Source of the DNA: Octopus vulgaris
Lineage: Eukaryota
Direction of reading: 5' to 3'
Assembly: GCA_951406725.2 (NCBI GenBank)
Contig: OX597818.1
Location: 23,002,001 to 23,066,000 of the forward strand
Length of the DNA stretch: 64,000 nt
Positions within the stretch are counted from its first letter, which is position 1; each line of letters begins with the position of its first letter. Shown in pieces: positions 55,994-64,000 of the stretch. Position numbers and translations under genes: made by a program. The notes beneath the pieces are model-generated. The model had not been told where the DNA came from. It did no database searches and saw nothing but the letters and a program-made list of their open reading frames with translations.

Positions 55994-56099
55994 TCCATTA
56001 TAACTGATCTTAACAATTGGTTTCACACTAGGCATTCAACAGTATCAGGTAACAGTCTGATTATGTAACCCTGCACTCTTCAGAGATGGCAGTTATGGA
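55994..56099 (-). ncRNA. Hammerhead ribozyme motif antisense within intron 1 of the C18orf21-like gene
   Basis: auaacug-cc-aucu-CUGAAGA-~50 nt-GAAA-ccaauugu-UA-agau-caguuau; 4+7 bp helix I. Confidence 0.7.
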
Positions 56100-56221
56100 A
56101 TAAAATATGTTGCCCTATTTTATTTTCTATTGTTGGAGGAGAATGCCTAGTGCAAAACTGATTTGTAAGATCGGCCATAATGGATATATAATTATGGACG
56201 CTCCGATTAATATAGATATAT

Positions 56222-56570
56222 TGGAGTGGCTGTGTGGTAAGTAGCTTGCTTACCAACCACATGGTGCTGGGTTCAGTCCCACTGCGTGGAACCTTGGGCA
56301 AGTGTCTTCTACAATAGCCTTGGGCCGACCAAAGCCTTGTGAGTGGATTTGGTAGATGGAAACTGGAAGAAGCCCATCATATATGTATATTTGTGTGTCT
56401 GAGTTTGTTCCCCCAACATTGCTTGACAATCGATGCTGGTGTGTTTGCATCCCTGTAACTTAGCAGTTTGGCAAAAGAGACCAATAGAATAAGCTCTGGG
56501 GTCAATTTGTTTGACTAAAGACGGTGCTCAAGCATGGGTGCAGTCAAATGACTAAAACGAGTAAAAGAGA
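56222..56570 (+). mobile_element. SINE family A copy, intronic
   Basis: Colinear with 24600-25005. Confidence 0.8.
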
Positions 56571-57058
56571 GAGAGAGTATATATATATATGTGTGTGTGT
56601 GTCTATGTATATATACTATTGAAACTTGGGAAGGGCATTATGCCGATAATAATAAGTGCACGCACTGGTTCAGACCTTTATTGTTATTGTTCAGTATTGT
56701 TTGTGCTATAGTATTTCAATCATATTTCTTTCAACACACGAATTCACATCAAGAATCTTCCAAACCAAATACAAATACGAACTATGTACATATATATATA
56801 TATATATGCAAAAATAGTTTCAAGGGATATATAATCCTGGTGGTTACCATGTTAACTCTTAGATCAGTTCTCAATGCTGGCTAGCCACAGCAATTGTTGG
56901 TGATACACAAGTTAGTGAAAATTTACTAAGACTTGGTTATTACCCTTACTTGGTAAATCTGAATGTCCCTTTTAAGGACTGCGTAGTTTCCATAGAGAAA
57001 ATAATGAAACTAAAGTAGATCAGGAGAACGGAGATTTGCACATCCATATTTTATCATA

Positions 57059-57292
57059 CAGTTATTTACATCATTCTTTGCTTGTACCTATACACATTTT
57101 GGTTGCAACTACTGCACATTAAGTGTGCATCTTGGTGTTAAATTGTCAGTGCAGCTCCTCCAGAGTCTGTTGTTTACTGCTGTTTGAGATGATCTTTAAA
57201 CAGCAGTAAACAACAGACTGAAGAAACTACACCAAGATGCACACTAAATGCACAGCAATTGTAGCTGAAATGTGCAAAGGATGTTATAACTG
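57059..57292. mobile_element. Palindromic MITE (CAGT...ACTG, flanking TA)
   Basis: Nested perfect 22-bp and 17-bp inverted arms across 234 bp. Confidence 0.75.
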
Positions 57293-57351
57293 TATTATAT
57301 AATATGTATGTGCAAAGCTCCATTCTCCTGATTTTCATTAATTTCATTACT

Positions 57352-57398
<47 letters not shown>

Positions 57399-58070
57399 AT
57401 ATATTTCGTTTTTGGATTTGGTTTGCAAGATTCTTTATACGAGTTCGTGTGTTGAAGCATATTCTGTTGTGTCTGAGGAGAGTCATTTTCTTTTTGTGCC
57501 TTATAATGTAACACACTCACCGGTAAAATTTCCACTTATTTCTTATTTTTATTTTCCTAAAATTTTCATTGCATCTTGCAACCTTTTCAATAGTCTTGAC
57601 TCTGTCCGTTATTTACACTGCGTTCCTTTTTGTTTGTTTGTGCACATATGTGTGGGTTAGTGTATGTCTGTGTGGTTATGCATGTATGTATGCATGTGTG
57701 TGTATGCATATGTATATATATATGTATGTATTCTGCATATTCATGTGCTTGCATGTCCGTGTTTGTATATTTTCTATGTATGTGTGTATGTAAGCATGTG
57801 TTTGTATATGTATGCACCTGTCTCCTTGTGTGTTTTGCAACTATGTACCATGTTTGTATGAATGTGCATCTCTATATGTGTGGAATAAAGTGTGTGTGTG
57901 TGTATATGGTCATGTGTTTCAGTCTCCATTTGCGTATGTGTGCTTGTCTGTTCTTATAACTTATGTACCTATCTGACTGGCCTCTTTCAGTTTCTGTCTT
58001 CCAGATCCACTCACAGGGCTTTAGTCAGCCTGAGACTATGGCTTAATTGTTTCCTTTCTATCTTCTTCAG

Positions 58071-58102
58071 GTTCAATGCTTTAAAGAACAACTCAAATGA
58101 AG
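58071..58102 (+). CDS. C18orf21: C18orf21/RMP24-like, coding exon 2 (32 nt)
   Basis: Polypyrimidine-CAG acceptor, AG|GTAAGT donor; only the phase 2-to-1 frame is open (FNALKNNSNE). Confidence 0.75.
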
Positions 58103-58406
58103 GTAAGTTTATTTACTTTTAAATACAGAAATATTATTTCACTTGTTTGTTTATTGAAATAATCATTACTATTATTATTTACTTTATCAGAGTGTATCTG
58201 GGAATATATTAATTCTTAATAACTAATGTACATGAGAACTCAACATGTAATGGCGGTGCCCCAGCATGGCCACAGCTCGTGAGCTGAAACTAGATAAAAT
58301 AAAATAAAATAAAATAAAATCTATCCTCTGTGATCACATTCATGCTTAACTCAGCATTGGTTGCTTGTTATGAAATTTCAGAAATATCAATGGAAAGCGG
58401 CTGTTA

Positions 58407-58439
<33 letters not shown>

Positions 58440-59031
58440 GGCGGCAAGCTGGCAGAATCATTAGCACACCGGATGAAATGCTTAGTGGTATTTTGTCCAA
58501 CGCTATGTTCTGAGGTCAACTTTGCCTTTCATCCGTTCAGGGTGGTTAAATTAAATACCAGTGAAACACTGGGATCAATGTAATTAACTAGTCCCCTCCC
58601 CACAAATTTCAGGTCCTGTGCCTTTGGTAGAAATAATAATAATAATAATTATTATTATTAAGGTGGCGAGCTGGCAGAATTGTTAGCACGCTGGATGAAA
58701 TGCTTAGCAGTATTTTCCCCATCGTTACTTTCTGAGTTCAAATTCCATTGATTTTGCCTTTCATTCTTTCAGGCTCAGTAAAATAAGTACCAGTTGAATA
58801 ATGGGGTTGATGTACTCAACTCATTCCATCCCCCAAAATTGCTGCTCTTGTGGCAAAATTTGAAACCATTATTATCATTATTATTGTTAGTAAGGTGGCG
58901 AACTGGCAGAATTGTTAACATGCCAGGCAAAAATTCTTGCCAATCACAAAGGCAAACATCCCTGAAAGTTTCATCTAAATCCATCCAGCAGATAGTTGAA
59001 TGATATATATATTATATAATGTCTTTTGCAG

Positions 59032-59222
59032 AAAACAAATGTTGGTGCCAGACCTGTGGTACTTATTACTTTCCAAATAACTTAAGAGTAAGACTTTCAC
59101 CCAAATTAACCCTGAATAAGCATATAAAGTCGTTGGTGAAACGATACATGCAGGATCCCGATTCACTAAAGACATGTCAACAATCTCTAGCACTTCACTA
59201 TCTGAATGGAAGAAATAAAGTG
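59032..59222 (+). CDS. C18orf21: C18orf21/RMP24-like, coding exon 3
   Basis: NKCWCQTCGTYYFPNNLRVRLSPKLTLNKHIKSL resembles, from memory, the C18orf21 CxxC...RVRLKPK segment; TTGCAG acceptor, GTGAGT donor. Confidence 0.8.
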
Positions 59223-59289
59223 GTGAGTTTATTGTTTCTTTTGTCTTCTTTTACTTAACATGCATTTTTATATGGTAATAAGTGCTGAC

Positions 59290-59480
59290 CCCAAGTGAAA
59301 AGCACCCAACACACTATAAAGTTGTTGGCATTAGGAAAGGTATCCAGCTGTAAAAACAAAGCCAAATCAGACTGGGATCTGGTGTGGTTCTCCTGCTTGG
59401 TAGCTCCGGCCAAACTGTCTGACCCATGCCAGCATGGAAAATGGACACTACAGGAGGGTGATGATGAGGATGATGATAGC
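59290..59480 (+). mobile_element. RTE-related short non-autonomous repeat with (GAT)n tail
   Basis: TTAGGAAGGGCATCCAGCTG-like...ACCCATGCCAGCATGGAA; copies at 60020, 61490(-), 62420. Confidence 0.65.
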
Positions 59481-60260
59481 ATGGATAGAATGATTTTCCT
59501 GTTGGCACAGTTGTTTTTTACAGCTGGATAATGTCCTTTGCCTTATCATTAACCTTGCAGTTGAGGTAGTAAGGGAAACTTCTGTGTGGGCACTCAGTCT
59601 GCTAAAATTGGCTGCCAATGCTCTCCTAAATTACATGTCTACTTCTTAAAATAGGAAGAATGCATTAGATAATGTTGTCCTAGATGCATTGTCTTAAAAA
59701 TAAAGACTGAATTGTTACAGCTAGAATGTTGTGGCCAAATTCTATCTTGTACTAAACATTGCATAATATTTTAGAAACACTGTCTGAAATAAGAGTTGTT
59801 GTTATGGTTGGAACAACTTTGGTATTGGAGTGGGGGTGTTATGGTAAAGGGGGAGAGAGGGTAGAGGTAGATTGGTTAGTTTTCAAAGGAGCGGGGTTTT
59901 GTTAAATACTGTTGGAGGGTGGGGAGGCTAAGGGGAAAGTAGGAAGTGGTTGATTTGAAGATTTGGAAGAAATCTGAGATGTGTAGTTGGGAGGATATAT
60001 ATATATCTGTCCACCCTGCTTGGTAGTTGGTGTTAGGAAGGGCATCCAGCTTTAAAAGTGTGCCAAAACAGACACAGAAGTCTGGTGCAGGCTCCTGCCT
60101 AATCAGCTGTCAAACTGTCCAACCCATGCCAGCATGAAAGGCAGGCATCAAACGATGATGATATTGTGTATGTAACACCTGCACTGTTCCAAATATTTTA
60201 CCTTTCTTCTTATATAGCATGTATTTGTGTGTTATTTATTTTATGTTTCATTACCTGAAG

Positions 60261-60363
60261 GTTCTTACATGTCGAGTGTGCCATACCAGAAATAGTTACA
60301 AAGGAAAGAAACGGTTACCTATTAAGTGGACTACTCCTTCAAACAGCACTGACAATTCTGTGG
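60261..60363 (+). CDS. C18orf21: C18orf21/RMP24-like, coding exon 4
   Basis: VLTCRVCHTRNSYKGK gives the second CxxC; phase 0-to-1; GTGAGT donor. Confidence 0.8.
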
Positions 60364-60685
60364 GTGAGTTTTTTTTTGTTTTTTTTTACTGTTTTCATTC
60401 TTGCACAGTGAAATACTTTGAGCCAGAGCAAATTATTTCCCTTCCTATTAATTGTTTTATGATACACTTTTTCATGCTTGTATGGATCAGATGGAATTCA
60501 TTGAGATGGATTTTCTACAGCTGATGCCTTTCCTGTCACTAACTCTCACTTGTTTCCAAGCAAGATAATATTTCCTTGTAACCAGATGTTGTTTTCATGG
60601 AAGACTGGAAACAGACGACACTACTTAAATGATTGTGACATTTATTTACAACTATCACATAATATTAAGATGGAGGAGATAATTA

Positions 60686-61020
60686 TTAACCATCTTACAA
60701 ACAATAACTCTGAGCACCTTTTCAAACTCCACCTGTCTAACACCCGTGGACATGTTTACAAAGTCAGAAAACAGCACAGCTCCCATGACTTTCGGAAACA
60801 TTTTTTTCACGCTAAGAGTTGCTGAAGCATGGAACAAACTGCCAGCATCAGTTGTTAGTTGTCAGAGCACTGCATCCTTCAAAACTTCCATGCTTCCTGA
60901 GATTTGCCAACACTACACCTGATTTTCTCCCTCCATACACACGCAAGCATGTATCTGACTCATACACTGTTCACTTTCCAGGCATTTGTACATTACTGCA
61001 TATGCTTTATATGCACTTTT
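60686..61020 (+). mobile_element. CR1-like LINE 3' end, intronic
   Basis: NTRGHVYKV...RKHFF/TLRVAEAWNKLPASVV. Confidence 0.8.
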
Positions 61021-62721
61021 GACACTGTATACTATAATTTCATTATTATTATTTTATACTTACACATACATGATTGCTTCTTTCAGTTTCCATCTATGAA
61101 ATTCATTTATATGGTTATAGCAGAAGACACTTACCCAAAGTATTACTCACTGGGACTGAACCCAAAACCACATGATTGTGAAGCAAATTTTTTATGCACA
61201 CAGCTATGTCTGTACCTCTAATGTCTATAACAATATTTGATTTTTGTCAAGTAGTTATCTTCTCTGCTTTGGACCCCCATTACTATTTAGGGATTGCAGT
61301 GTAATGCAGCTTAGCATTCAATTTTATACAGTTGATAGAGCAACAGATGTATAGTCTCATGCTGTACACACTCTTCTGTGTAAATGCATGCACACATCTA
61401 CATACCTATGTGTATTTATGTGCACTCACATACAATTTGTGTGGACAGCAAATACTGAGTAGAAATATCTTTTGAGTTGACATCATCATCATATTTCATA
61501 CTGGCATGGGTTGGATGGTTTGACCAGAGCTGATAGATAAGGTCAGTGGCTACACAAGGCTCCACTGTCTGTTCTTGCATGGTTTCTATGACTGGACGCC
61601 CCTTGTAATGCCAGCCACTCTACAGAGTGTACTGGGTGCATTTTATGTGACACCAGCATCAGTTTCAATTTTGTTGTGGCAAACAGGTGTTCTTATGTAC
61701 AGCACTGCATCAGATATCTTGGTCCTTAATCATCTCCTTCATAAGGTTCAGTGTCTTGAGCTAGCCTTCAATACTTCATCTCATGTCTTCTTTGGTCTCC
61801 CTCTTCCACAAGTTCCATTGACAGTATTTGTTAACAGTGTACTAAACCATCATTACCTGTATATTCATATTTATATAGAATGGTCATTTATTCATCCATA
61901 CTGGAATGGGTTTGCCATTTAGTATATTGCTACTTGTCTTACTTTTTTACTTCATTTATGTAGTGACAAGGTGGGTATGTGGATAATGTATGAGATTACA
62001 GCATCTGGAGATCTAATAAAAAAAATCACCTTTCTTTGGTTTTTGTCTTCCATGGTTACATTTCACTCATCATTTTTGATTCAAATCACACATCCATATT
62101 AGCACAGTAATTTCTCCTGCACACATGAGCCTCATGTCCAGTCACCTTCTTCATTTATTTGTGCTCAGCTTTTCAGACAAGACAGCCTGGCATATCCAGC
62201 AAACCATTTTTGCTCCACTTCTCTACAATCTAGAGAACTTCCATTTTCAATGCTAGGCTGACAACCCATTATGAACTAAGATGCTAATTGAATTCATGAG
62301 CTATTCTCAATTTCCTGTTGTAGCTACGTTACTTTATTGTAAATATCCCTGCAAAGGCATCACTATCAAAATGTCCATCACACTCCACTGAAGTCATTAG
62401 AGCTTCTTGACTATTTATTGTGCTAGTGCCATGTAAAAAGCACTGAGTCCACTCTGCTGAGTGGTTGGTTTTAGGAAGGGATCCAGCTGTAAAAATCCTG
62501 CCAAAACAGTCACAGAAGTCTGGTGCAGGCTTCTGTTTGGCCAGCTTTTGTAAAACTGTCCCACCCATGCTAGTATGGAAGGCAGGTGTTAAACAATGAT
62601 GATTATGAAGATATTTATGGTGTGTGATAAATACTTAAAGTGTGAATGTGTTTATGCACGTATCTTGTGTATGTAAGTGAATATTTATGTGTATGTGTTT
62701 TTTTTTTGTTAATTTTTGCAG

Positions 62722-62821
62722 AAGATTCTAAGTTGAAAAAACAACAGCTAGTGATGGAAATTATGTCAGAAATGAAATCTGAGAAAAAGAAGGCCTCCAA
62801 AAAGAAAGCATCTTCAGTAAG
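62722..62821 (+). CDS. C18orf21: C18orf21/RMP24-like, coding exon 5 (gene probably continues past the window)
   Basis: TTTTTGCAG acceptor, phase 1 open frame EDSKLKKQQLVMEIMSEMKSEKKKASKKK, AG|GTGAGA donor. Confidence 0.65.
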
Positions 62822-64000
62822 GTGAGACTTAAAAGAAAGTTTTGTGTGTTTATGCGGTAGGGGGATTTGATAAAGTACCAGTAAGTATTAATATTGATGT
62901 AATCAATTATTCCCCACCCTTCAAATTTCAGGCTTTATGCTACATTTGAAACAGTTGTTGTTGTTATTATTATTAGTAAGGTGGCGAGCTGACAGAATTG
63001 TTAGCACACTATGCAAAATGTTTAATGGCATTTTGTCTGTTTTAGATTCTGAGTTCAAATTGTGCTGAGGTCAACTTTGACTTTCATCCCTTTGTGGTCA
63101 ATAAAATAAGAATTACTTGAGCAATAGGCTCAATCTAATCAACTTAGCCATCCCTTTACTCCTTCCCTTGGAATTTCTGGCTCTTTAAGTTCAAATTTTG
63201 CCAAAGTCAATTTTGTCTTTCATCTTTCCAGAAATGGTGAAATAAAGTACCTGTAAAATCTTGGGGTTAATGGCATTGACTAATTTCTCCCCTCAAAATT
63301 ACTCGCCTTGTACCTTAATTCAAAGGTTGGTGAATAACAAAATTGTTGGAGTGTTGGACAAAATATACCTTGCAGTATTTGTTCTGACTCTTTACATTCT
63401 TTTTTCAAATTCTTTACTTTTCATCATCTTCCAGGGGGTGTGGGACATCAAAATAAAGTACCAGTCAAATACTGGGGTCAATGTAACTGACTGTCCCCTT
63501 CCCTAAAATTTCAGGCCTTGTCCTTATCGTAGAAAGGATTGGGACAGGAAGCTGGCAGAATCATTAACATGTCAGACAATATGATGCTAAGTAGAAAGGA
63601 TTATTATAAGTAGTAGCAGTAGAATAGAGAAGTAGATTGGTAGAATTGATAAAGCACAAGTCCTATTTTGCCTTTAAATCTCTTCTTGAATTGATAAATG
63701 CCAGTCAAATATTTTTGTCTTCTTGTAATGGCATTCACCCAGGAGGGATTAAGCTAGCTCCTATTGTGAGTTCATAAGAGTCTCAAGGGATGATCAACCT
63801 GCAAAAACAGTTCTTGTCTGTATTTATAAGTCACCATTCACGACCAATGGCAGGTGGTAGTCCTGTTGCACATACTCACCACAGATGTGATCCAACGCCA
63901 CCAGGAAGGCACCGGATTCTGGAATTCACTATTACCCTCCTGTTAGCTGGGTTGTGGCCCTAGCACCACCAGGTATCAGACCTGTCTATCTTGGAAGGCC

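Noticed and set aside
57473-57530. CUGAGGA motif
   Set aside because: No GAAA after the candidate helix II

Overview
AT-rich, microsatellite-saturated eukaryotic DNA. The SINE families and repeat landscape look like octopus (cephalopod); this is inference. Most long ORFs in the track are microsatellite artefacts. One host gene can be reconstructed: a phase-consistent, 5-exon (3'-incomplete) + strand gene at 55498-62821 encoding a C18orf21/RMP24-like (RPP21-type, two CxxC pairs) RNase MRP/P subunit, possibly with upstream mini-exons at 51.9-52.4 kb. The rest is a nested mobilome: an intact 5'-truncated R4/Dong-type retrotransposon (RT + restriction-like endonuclease) inside (TAA)n; four copies of a 555-bp non-coding element ending in (AAT)n; CR1-like, L1/Tx1-like, RTE-like and HERO-like LINE remnants; Tc1/mariner, hAT and Helitron relics; MITEs; and several tRNA-SINE families whose tails match local LINE 3' ends. 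The most striking signals are five clear plus two degenerate hammerhead-ribozyme motifs of different sequence families (Penelope-like context; the five clear ones have palindromic helix III, and two have unusually long helix II) and SINE multimers that share a recurrent self-complementary junction.
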